Assembly (NCBI GenBank): GCA_030265305.1
Contig: JASAOG010000080.1
Span: 1,874,630-1,938,629, forward strand
Source of the DNA: Biomphalaria pfeifferi
Lineage: Eukaryota
Direction of reading: 5' to 3'
Length of the DNA: 64,000 nucleotides
In this document: in pieces, positions 11,363-22,527 of the stretch
How the letters are laid out: the number at the start of each line of letters is the position of its first letter
How positions within the stretch are numbered: the first letter of the stretch is position 1
Translations under genes and position numbers: made by a program
Notes under the pieces: generated by a model
Told to the model about the DNA's origin: nothing
The model's input: only the letters and a program-made list of their open reading frames with translations
Database searches by the model: none

Positions 11363-14300
11363 ATAAGGGATGAAGGCTATATTATGAGCCTGTTTGATAG
11401 TAAGCTGATGGGCATATCAAAATAAGCTTCCAAACATCTTTAGAAAGACATTCCAATCACATTTATACCATTTTAGCTGTTAAAAAAAATTTAAAAAGGG
11501 GGTGTCCAAACAAATAATAATGAATTCAGCTCATTCTCCTTTTTGAACACAGCAAAATCGTAATAAGAAATATTATTGGGATTAATAAATCTATGATTTT
11601 TTTCAATGAATAAACATGACCTAGATCGAGATATCTAGAATACATAACTTATGAATGAAAGAAAAAGTGCGGGCTACTAATTTGAAGCCAGAGACCATGC
11701 CCACTGCATGTGAGCATGCAAGATAAGCTGGCGGTGAGGAGAGGTAGTGTCACAAACTATCCAACAGTCAGTGGAAGGAAGGGGGAGAGAGTCATGAAAA
11801 GAATTATAAGCATCTATGGGATGGAGGGGATGTTAAGGTAACACAAAATGAACATCCAAATGATGAAAACAAGAAGAGGGTCCTAGGATGGGAGTTAAAA
11901 GAAAGACAGAGAGAAAACACAAGTAGCCTAGTAGAAAATATCATGTTTATTAAATTAAAATAATTAATTTATAGCTCTATAATCTATATAAATTTATTTC
12001 TGTCTGTTTCTTTACATAGATTATATAGTATTTAAATAAATAAACTATTTACGATATATATATATAGAGAGAGAGTATATGAGGAAATAGACTATAAATA
12101 TTGCAAAAATGAATCTACTTCTTTTACTACAATCTAAATAATTTTTAAGTAACACAGATATAATTTATTAGCAATTACATAGTGGTGTTCAACACTTGTG
12201 CTCACTGTTCAACTAAAGGAGAAAGCTCAAAAACTGCGTTCAAAATAGGAGCATGAAGTGACCCAATTTATTTTAAAATAAAATCTTGACTATGGGTGGT
12301 AATACAAAGGAACACATCTATTTTTATTGTCCTTTAGTTAAAGAATATAATTCTGCTTTCAGTTTTTTTGTAAGTTAAACCTTCACAAAATAAAAAATTG
12401 ACGTAGTTCCGGAAAGTCAGTGTTCAGTTATAAGAATCTACCATATATGTCACTTATGAAGTTAACTTCAAGTCAAAAGTTGTTCAACTAGCCTCTACTA
12501 GGCTTCAGACACACAGTTCAAATTAAACTTTGTTATAACAAGTAAACTTTTACTCTATAGACCTACATCTAGATCAATGACTATGAGTTATAATATATAT
12601 ATATATATATGAGTCTATGAGCCAGTATGACTCTGTCAGAGTCTGTCTTGAGTAAACTTATACTTATTTAGCAGATAGATCATGATCAGATAGATCTAGA
12701 ATCTAGTTATTACCCGGAATGTCTTTTACTAAATAAAATGACCCAGTATGAATAACTGCTGGAGTCTTGCCAGGTGCAAGGCTTATTGTAGTTTTTAAAG
12801 TTCCTGAAGAATCTTGTCGTGGATATGCCGGCGATCTAGAACCACGATCTCTAGGACTAGATCGCGGAGAAGATTGCATCGCATCAGGTCTTCTTATCAT
12901 ATCTGCCATATTTAATGTTTTTGTTTATAAGACGTTGTTCCGAGACTAGCTTTTGAAACAACCAGTGCAGGTAGAGATCTAGATCTACTATTTATACGTA
13001 TTACGCACAACTACAACATGTTTCTTTACTTCATATCAATTACTTGGTGGCACTTTGTCTAATTAAAGAATACGGAAAATGGTAATACTGAAGAAGAATA
13101 GTTTTAGAACCTAGTCTAGATCTTGACAATGCCTAAAGAAAAAAAACTCAGAAAATCTAGATATAGATTAGAACTAGAACAACGGGATAGTCTAGAGCAC
13201 AAGGATGAGGAATAAGCATAGATCACAGACATATATATCTTGTTGCACAGACCTATATATACACAGACATTTGGAATAGAATCAAATTAGCTCCCTTTAT
13301 TACTGACCGTCGCCACCCATCTCAGTCTTGCGAGAGAGGTCTGGGTAGGATGTGCTAATCTTCTTCTAAAACAAACAAACAAATCTAGACTACTTTAATT
13401 GATATTGGCTATAGCAAGCTTTTGTGCAAAATAGGGAGGAGGCGTACAAGATAGGGGTCATCTCTCATGATACTATCATCTCACCTGTCACACATTAATT
13501 TTCGTCGCAAGAGTGCTGTGACAGTTCTCATAACCTATTCCCTCCACTCTTTCCGGTCAGCAGCTGTTCTTAGCAGAATATCAATGAAAAAGAGAGCGCG
13601 GTCTATTCTTTCACGTTGCTCAATCAGCTTCTTTGTGCTCCTTGAAGGATGACATTTGGGAGTCATGTCTTACAATATGATCGAAATAGCTCAGCTTTTG
13701 TCACTTCACAGTATTGGTAATGAAGAGTTCCTCATTTTAGCCAGACTTAGTGTTGACTCGTAAAAGTACAAACGCATTTGTTTTCTTATATCCTGACATC
13801 TAATACCTATCAGATTTACTCTTTACTCACAAAGGCTTTATGCCTTCTTTCAGCTTCAGTATTCAACGTTTACAGCCATATATGGGCACTGTTACCACCA
13901 GCGAAGAATACATATTTTATTTAGCTTGGAAACTCATGTCACCTAACTCTTCCGGATTTTCCCACAACTTAATAATGACAGTGGAATGTCCATACGTGAC
14001 GTTGCTCGAACCAGGTAGATTTCCACAAGTTACTAAGGGCATAGCTAAGATACACTAACTTCATACGTGGCGACTGGGTGATGTTGGATGAGACAAGATG
14101 GCCATCACGAGAAAAACATTTTCTTCTCTGAAAAAAAAAGAAGATTTCATTGAAAATGGCGTATCACTCTTACTAAACAAGGAAACATTTAAAAGTCTTT
14201 TTTGAATGGAAACCAGCTGCAGAAAGAATAATTAAAGCCAAATGTTTATCCAATTTGTAATATGTCCACATCATAATGCGTTATGCTTCCACCATCCTTG

Positions 14301-14369
14301 CAAATGATACTGATAAAAATATATTTTAGGATTACCTGCAAAGTATAGGAGATTAAATACCCATAAAAG

Positions 14370-14625
14370 ATGTATTGATCGTTTGGGGGACTTAAATACT
14401 AAAGTGGGAAGTGACAAGTGAGAAAGAGAAAATTATGGGCACCCATGGCACAATAAATGAAAATGAAATGTTCGCAGAATTTTGTACATTTAATGATCTG
14501 GTGATAGAAGGCAGCAATTTTCCCCACAAAAGATACCACAAAGTGACATGGGTCTCGCCACACAATAAGACTGAAAAGAAAATTGACCACATTATCCCAC
14601 GTGGCATCTGAAATATGGCAGGGTT
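14370..14625 (+). mobile_element. LINE APE-type endonuclease domain fragment (…LGDLNTKVGSD… NFPHKRYHKVTWVSPHNKTEKKIDHII)
   Basis: It carries the GDxNxxxG block and the FxHKxxHKxTWxSPxxKTxxxIDHI(L/I) motif that characterise L2/CR1/RTE endonucleases. It is a short isolated fragment. Confidence 0.6.
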
Positions 14626-14639
14626 TAGTTCCTTTTCTG

Positions 14640-14830
14640 CAAAATAAAACAAAATTATTTAATTAATTAGTATTAATTAACGAATTGGTTAATTTTTTGA
14701 TTGATTCGTGTCTTGTTAAGTACAATGAATAATTGTGCAAAATTTCAACTTGATCCGAGAATGGGAAATGGGAGAAAAATATGTTCAAACTTTTTACCAG
14801 ACAGACAGTAAGTTAATATAAGCTTCGTAA
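14640..14830 (+). repeat. Interspersed repeat family C (…AATTAATTGA.TAAT…TGTCTTGT.TATG.CAATGAATAATTGTGC.AA.TTTCAACTTGAT.CGAGAATGGG…TTTACCAGACAGACAG.GAGTT), an unclassified non-autonomous element
   Basis: Copies or partials lie at 14640-14830, 22200-22330, 44200-44350, 44440-44625, 59560-59690 and 59800-59870, with extensive shared blocks. No coding capacity is present. Confidence 0.5.
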
Positions 14831-15099
14831 AAGTGCTCAACAGACCCAAAACTACTAAATCCTACGGTTCTAGACGTATAAATAAAACTAGACATAAACA
14901 TAGATGGAAGAACAACGAAGAAATACGGAATGCATGTGATGAACATCAACGGGAAGAACAGGCCTGATTCAGATAGGAAACATCTTGTGACGACCCAATA
15001 GCAACACTTAGAATAATTGTAGAACAATGTGTCGAATGGTAATCTCTACTTTATGCAACATGCGTTGACTTTGATATTTTTACAGATATTGTTATAGTA

Positions 15100-15215
15100 T
15101 TAGTCGGGTGAACGAAATGTCTGGTAAACGAATTGTCGCGTAAACTAAAAGTCGTGAACGATTTGTTGGTGAACGAAATGTCAGTGAACGAATTGTCGTG
15201 GAACCTAGAGGTCCG
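15100..15215. repeat. Degenerate tandem repeat built from GTGAACGAAATGTC / GTAAACGAATTGTCG units
   Basis: GAACGA(A/T)(A/T)TGTC(G/T) units are iterated. On the minus strand this reads as the repetitive SFT peptide of a spurious ORF. Confidence 0.7.
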
Positions 15216-17446
15216 GAAAGAGCTGGGAAGCAAGTGACGGTGGTGAGTGGTGTATTTTTACTGAGGCCCTAGGGTCCAAGAGGAGCACAATGAACAGATG
15301 ATGATGATGAAATAATAGCATTTAGAAACTAAATAAAAATGTATAACATTTCGTATCCTAGTAATTATGTTGAATAACGTTTCTTTGGGAGACTTACGCC
15401 CTAGTGTTCTACTATGTAAGCCATCATGTATACATATTAAAATATTCATAGCAAGTAAGCTTACAAGGGAAACGTCTTTTTTTTTTAGAAACTTATAAAT
15501 CATCGCGATGCGAAAATTAAACATTCCCTTTTTTTTTTCTCACCCCCAAAATGTAGGTCTCAACACATGTATGAGATGAGGACGAAAATGTTAATCGATG
15601 GATGAACACTCATTACAACGAAAGATCGATGTTAAAACACACCCAGCACTACTTCCACACGTATGTTTCATAGCGATGGCTGCCTAGACGTGTAGTATGC
15701 ACCTCTTACTGCCGTCTCAATGGTCCCGGATTTGAACCCTGCTCATTACCCCCCCCCACCTTCCCCAGCCGTTCTGCGGGAGCTGTGGACCAGTGTGTAA
15801 TTATCTTCAATACTGAAGGAACATCTGAAAATGTAAAACAAGTATGCATGGGTGCTATGGAGTGTGTAAGTGTGTGTTTCCATGGTGACGATTGAAGAGG
15901 TTAGCGATTGGTTGTGAATGATGCAACATAGGTGGCATTGTCGTCATTTGGTCTGAGTTGAGACAGACTACTCCAGAAGATGAGACTGAAAGGCTGTGTT
16001 ATTGTAGCGAGTTAGATTTTGCTAAAAGATATTATTACTAAAGTCTGCTACATTTATTTCACTTATCACAAGTTGATTTTGTCTATATTATAAAGTTCAA
16101 TTTAGTTTTGTTCACAAAAGGAAGTTATTTAAGTGTTGTTTTTTTTTACGTTTAGCCTACTAGTTATATTATGCCTACAACGGTTTAGTTGTCTACCATC
16201 AGTTTGGTGCTACAAGTCAACGACCGGTAACAGCTATGGGGCAAATCAATACATTTTAGAAAAGGCTATCAGGCTTCATGTCCTCTTGGACTCATGTCAA
16301 AACACAAATAAAAAAAAAGTCAGCGGCGTGGCTTTAACAAAACAAGGAAGAAAGTAGAAAAAAAAACAACTCAATGGGACTCCAATAAATATATGGGTGA
16401 GATTCACACTGAATGAGACTCTTAAGATGGCTATAGTGACCAATCTAAAAGTCTTCGTGACAAAGATATATATATATATATCATATTAAATATATTAAGG
16501 AAACCTTCTTGCAGTGCAACATACTTTCTTGTATTGGCTTAGTGGCTTCAATAGAATTAATATTACACCTAATGCATGTGAATATGTTTGCCTTTTCTTC
16601 CATTCATTCATTCATTCAAAACATACTCAATTCTTTCTCATTGACGTAACAGCACTATTTCTTTGACCTGACCTTCCCCTTTACCTATCCCTTAGTCTGC
16701 AGGATCGTTGGAGCACCACATAAGGTCTGTGGACCGTCTTTCTACATTCCTCTCTGTCGTTTGCCTTGGATAGAACCTCTTTCAATCAATTCCATTTTTA
16801 AATTTAAAACATAATTTGTCCCAATCAATCGTAATTGGTTTTCTTTTTAAAAAGTTTTACCCTTTCATGTTGCCTATAATCTTACCCTCTCCCCCCTCCC
16901 CCCCCCTCCCCGTACTAAATCGTTTAAAATTAATCGCTCACCAAGTTCAGATTTAATGGCACGTCACGTGACCCAACACTCGCCAAGGGAGATGAGCACA
17001 TTAAGCAGATTGCTGTTGTAGCTTTTCATACATGACGGATATTTGTCCCATTAGTGACAAGTGTAGGCCTGTGTTCACGAAGCTTATTTACTGTTGTGAT
17101 ATATTTAGATAGACAAGATAGGTCTGGATGAACATTACCGTGATATGTTTAATTAGACATAGGTTCAGACTTCAGTTCGCAGAAATCATTGCTGGTAAGT
17201 TGTTGAATTATTCTGTTCCTAATAATAAAATGCTGCGATAAGAGATAGAATGATATTTAAATATTTGTTGCTTAAATAGAAAGTGAAGTACCAATTGATG
17301 TGATCTATGGGGAGATGATGTGTGGGTCGTCTGTTTCTATGGCCTACCCAACCAATATCAGGTATCCATTGGGTGGACTCGAGATGTCCTAAAAAATACA
17401 AAACAATTTTTAAAAAATTCCTCAGCGGGATTCGATCCCGAGACAC

Positions 17447-17762
17447 TTTGGTTCCTATCTTATCTTATATAATACAGACGTCACTTCAAAAAAGAAGATG
17501 ATTACATCCTACGCGTCATGCATCTTAACCAATGACTTAAATTCTGCCAAGTTACTGGTTTTCCTGGCTGGCTCAGGCAACCCATTCCATGCTCTTATAG
17601 CACTAAGGAAGAAGGAGCATTTGTACAAATTTGTCCTAGCATATGGAACGAGGAATATTCCTCAATCTTTGTGTCTGAGTTGAATTTTAGATTTTGTTTT
17701 TGTATTTGAAGATTATGGTTCAGTGTTTTATGTATAATTGCTACTTTACTTTTGAGTCTCAA
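17447..17762 (-). mobile_element. CR1-like LINE 3'-terminal fragment (5'-truncated), copy 1, ending in a GATAA-type microsatellite
   Basis: Shares the sequence tcttatcttatataatacagacg...gaagatgattacatcctacg...ttgtatttgaagattatggttcagtgttttatgtataattgctactttactttt with 32948-33295, 33566-34075 and 63487-64000. Read on the minus strand, the longer copies encode the conserved CR1/L2 ORF2 C-terminus (…VRPIIEYASSVWDP…IKKLEQTQNRAVRF…). Confidence 0.75.
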
Positions 17763-18127
17763 ACATCACTACTCAGCTACCGCGCACATAAGGAACCGGA
17801 GATTATTTCGAATAGATTTTCTTGCTATAATTAATGTATTCTAGAAAAAATGGCTTACATTTCTTAAGAAAAAAAATGGCTTACATTTCTTAAGAAAAAA
17901 AAATTTGTTCGCGACTCACCTAAATATAATATGGGCCATAATATGGCTATCAGATCAATCACGTTCAGGTATTCATGTCGAAAGTGCCACATTAGGTAAG
18001 AGAAACTTGAAAAAAAAAAAGCTTTAGCGCTCCCTCCCTAAACATGTCAGTACTTTACACCTATTTAAACTGTTGGAAACAACCTTAATACAAAGCTCTG
18101 GAGATAATAGCTTAGAATCAGTAATTA

Positions 18128-18372
18128 AAATGAGGCGCGGTTTCTGAGCGGTAAAGCGCTTGGCCTCCGAACCGGGGACCGATGTTCGGATCCTGGTGAA
18201 AACTGGGATTTTTAATTTCGGGATCTTCGGGTCTACCCAGCTCTAAGGGGTACCTGACATTAGTTGGGAAAAAGTAAAGGCGGTTGGTTGTCGTGCTGGC
18301 CACATAACACCCTTGTTAACCGTAGGTCACAAAAAACAGGCCACAAGGTCTGAAAGGGGAACTTTTTACTTA
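18128..18372 (+). mobile_element. tRNA-derived SINE, family A (tRNA-like head with GCTGAGCGGTAAAGCGCTTGG A-box region; body …AGTTGGGAAAAGTAAAGGCGGTTG…GCTGGCCAC(A/T)TGACACCC…AGGTCTGAAAGGGGAACTTT)
   Basis: This approximately 250-bp unit recurs at 38628-38882 (-), 42893-43112 (-), 45586-45860 (+), 45862-46012 (+, head only), 51741-51995 (-), 52942-53243 (-) and 58893-59112 (+). Fragments lie at 43621-43662, 57866-57905 and 62403-62445. Confidence 0.75.
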
Positions 18373-18570
18373 CAGTATTTAGAAATATTGCTTTAATACA
18401 ATCTTGATAAGTCTTCGTATCCTCGAGAAAATATTATAAATAAGGTGATCGGATAGGCTTGGTTTTTGTATGGTAACTACATTTATAGTCCTCCCCCACC
18501 CACCCACCACCAATTAGGCCTACGCTTTTTTTCTTTGGTTGTAATCTGTTCTTATTTGACTTTTCAGAAG

Positions 18571-19989
18571 ATGTCTATCCAGCGAGTACTGCTTCGATTA
18601 CTGAGATTTTCACTACCGATTCTTTTTGTATTTCTACTTCTGAGCGGGTCTTTTATTATTAGTTTTGTAAGAAACAAGCTTTGGGCCTTTCGACTTAAAA
18701 CGCCGTTGGTGCCATACAATGAACTGGAAAGGAGTCACGTTTCCAGGGAGCTCGTGCTGAAACAGTTCCAAAACGACATTGAAATTGTTTGGGCTCAGCG
18801 GGAAAGAGGGCCCAAGCTGAAAGACCACTGCTTGAAGTCAAAACTGGACGTCATTTGCACGGATGTTCAATACAATATAGACATTGCGCAAGGCATGGGG
18901 TTGTCTATCCCCGAGAGCAACGTGTCGATTTCAGGAAATATAACTGCCAACTATAAGGTTCTTCCACCCGTTTCCAATATTACGAAAATAGTTTCTTCGG
19001 TGAATCCTGGGTATTTACGGAAAAACCTGTGCTACAACGTTTCCAGAACTCGACAACTAGTGAAAAGGACAGTCGACGCAAACTTCTGTCCGCGTTTACT
19101 CAAACTCTTTGAAGACATCACAATAAAGGCTGAGCCGTATTTACTGCTTCTATTCACTTGGTGGCCTGACTACTTGGTGGACGTCGACAAGTTCAGCAGA
19201 AAGCTGCTACTGGAAAACTGCAAGCGGGTTCGACCATTCGTCAAAACCATCATCTTTACGGACAGCAGGATGACTATGGCTAACGCCAACGCCATGAACT
19301 TCACTTGTCTTCCGGTGCCGGATTACAGTTCTGGAGGCCTTCCAATTTTTCAAAATATGGCCAAGGTTGTGATGGAAAAGTTTAGCGCCACGTTTTACGG
19401 CTACGTCAAGGCCACAAGTGTATTCGACGCGTCCTTTCTAGAGTCACTCTTAGGCGTCAAAGAGATCCTAGTCAAGTCCTCGCAGAACGAAAAATCTAAA
19501 TCTAACCGATTTTCCAACTCAAAGCCTATCGCAATGTACGGGGAAGCCATGTATTACCAAAAGCTCAGTAGCGCTGCGGACTTGTACGAGCTTAACCTGC
19601 TGGCCTACACTAGAGGGAGCTACGAGTGGGAAAACCATCAGGCCTCTTTCGTTTATTTCGTGTTTACCAAGCAAGACATGTCAGACGTTCCACCTTTAAT
19701 CATCGACGACGACGCCCTGGTTCCGTTTTTGATAGAGCGTTCTAGAACGCTGGGCCACCTGGTGATAAACGTTGGCCGAACTGTAACAGCTCTGTACACA
19801 TCCCACAATGCCACCAGGTCAGAGTGGAACCGGAAGTACATTAAAGAGCTACCACGGGATTCACTTTACAACAAGAATCTCGCCATGAAGTATTTCAGTT
19901 CGAAAGTAATGAATAGTTCCCATGAATCTCATGATCTCTACAGCACATTCAACATAGATGGCAAAATTGTTTTTAAAGGATGGGCTTGA
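18571..19989 (+). CDS. Intronless ORF (472 aa from the first ATG) with predicted type II membrane topology and an N-glycosylation-site-rich luminal domain; family not recognised
   Basis: This is the longest ORF in the window, and the track starts it at a non-ATG TTG at 18466. From the first ATG it reads MSIQRVLLRLLRFSLPILFVFLLLSGSFIISFV... The N-terminus is a short basic cytoplasmic tail followed by one hydrophobic signal-anchor and then a large domain with many N-x-S/T sites (NVS, NIT, NVS, NFT, NAT) and acidic DxD-like motifs (VDVDKF, IIDDDAL). The region is clearly GC-richer than its AT-rich surroundings. It shows no RT, transposase or other TE signature. A ttttcag sits immediately 5' of the ATG, so an upstream non-coding exon is possible. 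Confidence 0.6.
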   Translation: MSIQRVLLRLLRFSLPILFVFLLLSGSFIISFVRNKLWAFRLKTPLVPYNELERSHVSRELVLKQFQNDIEIVWAQRERGPKLKDHCLKSKLDVICTDVQYNIDIAQGMGLSIPESNVSISGNITANYKVLPPVSNITKIVSSVNPGYLRKNLCYNVSRTRQLVKRTVDANFCPRLLKLFEDITIKAEPYLLLLFTWWPDYLVDVDKFSRKLLLENCKRVRPFVKTIIFTDSRMTMANANAMNFTCLPVPDYSSGGLPIFQNMAKVVMEKFSATFYGYVKATSVFDASFLESLLGVKEILVKSSQNEKSKSNRFSNSKPIAMYGEAMYYQKLSSAADLYELNLLAYTRGSYEWENHQASFVYFVFTKQDMSDVPPLIIDDDALVPFLIERSRTLGHLVINVGRTVTALYTSHNATRSEWNRKYIKELPRDSLYNKNLAMKYFSSKVMNSSHESHDLYSTFNIDGKIVFKGWA

Positions 19990-20584
19990 CGGAACATTAG
20001 TAATTTAAGACGTTTATAAACCAAAACACTTATGTGGAGATAATCACATTTAGTAGTGCAGTTATTTTCTGCTTTTGCGCGCGTGATTTATTTAAACGTG
20101 TAAATATGAGTGTGTTTACAAATGAGATAGAGCTGATTTAAGATTATAAAAAAGAATATGAAAGTAATCTCCGGTTACACATTTTGTTCACTCAAATGTA
20201 TGCATATGTCTTCTTTTATGAAATCTAAATTCATGGAATAAAAAAAAGGGGGAGGGAAATCTTCTATTTCAGAAATATTATTGTATTTTACTGTAAAGAA
20301 GGGAGTGTAATACTTCACTCTTTGGTGTCTAGTACTCTATGGCTCTGTGACAATGCAGTAGCTTCCCAAAGAGCGATTGTTTACTAGTTGCCCTGCCTGT
20401 CTTTGTAGACAAAAAAGTTGCCCGGAAACCACTTTGTTGACACCTCAATATAAAATGTATTGTGGGCATTTGTGGGAGGTAATGGGCCATCATTCACACG
20501 GAAGTAGATTTATTAGTTATGTCCCTTAATCTTTTTTCTTATTTATTTATTTATTATTTCTGTTTTTATCACTTTGTTTGGGAT

Positions 20585-20752
20585 GTAATGGAAGGCTGCT
20601 TGGTCGTGAGGTATGCGCGCTGGACTGTCTTTCGTTGTCTCGATGGTCCCAGGTTCATACCCTGCCCGCTGCCATCCCCCGTCGTCCTGCGGGAGGCTTG
20701 GACTAGGAAGTAAATTACCTTCAACTCTGAGGGGACGTCCAAAACAAGTCAA
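20585..20752 (+). mobile_element. tRNA-derived SINE, family B (…GCTGCTTGGTCGTG.GGT.TGCGCGCTGGACTGTC…GATGGTCCC.GGTTCAAACCCTGCCCGCT.CCATCCCCC.TCGTCCTGCGGGAGG.TTGGACTAGGAAGTAAA.TA.CTTCAACTCTGA.G..ACATCC.AAACA.GT)
   Basis: Recurs at 96-232, 15672-15840, 48693-48838, 54843-55015 and 61436-61525, all on the plus strand. It has a B-box-like GGTTCAAACCC and a shared 3' domain TTCAA(C/T)TCTGAAGGAACATC(T/C)(G/A)AAACATGT. Confidence 0.72.
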
Positions 20753-21254
20753 ACATTAGACAGGCATCCTTGCAATACATTATCTAGCCTCATCTAGTCT
20801 GTATGGAAATATTTTGTATGAAAGCTGGTTCTATATCACTAGGCCTATTAAAAAGTCTTAGAAACCAAAAGTTATTTCGTCTCAACGCTTATCAATCTTA
20901 TATAAAATGTATATGTGCTTTGTTAACTAATTTTTAATAATATTGAGTTTTAATCGTTATAAACCTATAGAGCTCAGCAAAATGGAATATGTTTACCGCA
21001 CCCCAATTCCTTCATACCGACGAAACAAATCCTGGTTACATATATATATATATATATATATCATAGTTTTTTTTTAACGTCTAAATATTTATAGACTACT
21101 ATATAGTGCATCAAATCTTCGATTTTCAAAATTCTACTATAAAATGTAAATACGAATTTTAAAGGTTTAATACTTGAAACTAGTTAAAACACTACAACTT
21201 TATAAATACAAAAACAAATAACCTAGTAAGATCATAATCATTATCTTTCCTTTG

Positions 21255-21504
21255 CGTTCCGCGTGGAACATAGGGCCTCAGTAAAAAAAAAAAAAAAAAA
21301 AAAAAGCTACTCTCCACAGTCTTTTGCTAGTTTTTTAATGGCTTCCCAGCTCTTTCCTGTCCTCTCGGCTTCATCTAGTGCACTGCGTCGCCACGTTCTT
21401 TTTGGTCTTCCTCTACGTCTTGTTCCCTGTGGGTTCCACTCTAAGGCCTGCCTAGCTCTGTTGCTGGTATCTTTTCTAAGGGTGTGACCAATCCATCTCC
21501 ACAT
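21255..21504 (-). mobile_element. RTE/CR1-like LINE tail fragment (…WRWIGHTLRKDTSNRARQALEWNPQGTRRRGRPKRTWRRSALDEAERTGKSWEAIKKLAKDCGE). Related short copies lie at 46440-46640 (+) and 15236-15300
   Basis: Minus-strand ORF 21307-21504. It shares the SWxExKKLAxDCGEWR...tactgagg..caaagg end sequence with the 46500-46620 and 15236-15300 copies. It is bordered by an A23 run. Confidence 0.6.
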
Positions 21505-22436
21505 CCTCTCTACGATCCAACCTAGTAAGATAGAAATAAAAATAAAGGCACATTTCTAATTCCATATGCTAGGACAAACTCGTATACATGCTCCTTCTTT
21601 CTTAGTGCTATTAGACCATGGTACTGGTTGCCTGAATCATATATGAAAACCAACGACTTGGTAGAGTTTAAGTCCCTAATTAACATTCACTAGATCAAAA
21701 CCTGAAGGCGCCTTGATGCCTAACGATTTTTTTTAGGGACGCCAATAACTTTGTAAATATTCTAATTATGCTTTAAAAAAAAGTATCACACAAAATACTT
21801 AACACTTTATTGCAACAGTAAATAAAGTCTGTTCATGTCTTTAACAATTGTTCAAATTAACTAATGGACTTCAGATAGTGCATCTTCGATCTAGACAATG
21901 TAAAAGACGGGAGCAGATATTGATTATGACCAGAAGAAATATATATGACATTATCAGCTCATAAAGCATTTCGTCTGATATCTTAACAGGTCCGACCTTA
22001 CGTCGTACGATATTACATTCATTTTCTCTCCTCCCCTTTCCCCCCCCCCCCCCTATCTATTTTTCTACGTGTTTATCACTAACCCCCAATCCCCCCCCCC
22101 CCCCATCACATACGTCTGTCACATTCCTTTAAATCCTTCGATTAGTGAGAAAAAAAATGACACTCGTAAAATCTGATATAGGAAGGACAATTTTATTACT
22201 AAGCATACCACTTGGTTACTCTCTAACAAATTGGTTCACGTCTTGTCTATGTCAATGAATAATTGTGCGAAGTTTCAACTTGATACGAGAATGGGTGTGG
22301 CAGAATACCAGACAGACAGTGAGTTGATGTATGCTTTGTAAAAAGTTTGATGCTTTATTGCAATTTAGTAGCCAATTATCAAATTGTGCTTCAATATACA
22401 ATTATTTCGTTAGTTGTTTGGAAATTCACGTAGATC

Positions 22437-22527
22437 AGTTATACCTTGTAATACAGAAAATCAAGTTATACCTTGCAATACAGAAAATCAAGTTATACCT
22501 TGTAATACAGAAAATCAAGTTATATTC
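22437..22527. repeat. Minisatellite, 31-bp unit (CAGTTATACCTTGTAATACAGAAAATCAAGT), about 3 copies
   Basis: Direct tandem repetition is visible in the sequence. Confidence 0.85.

Noticed and set aside
11490-11700. Possible additional MED19 5' exon or promoter further upstream
   Set aside because: No ORF with an initiator Met and a correct-phase donor was found there. The tentative first exon at 11314-11362 is the only candidate retained.
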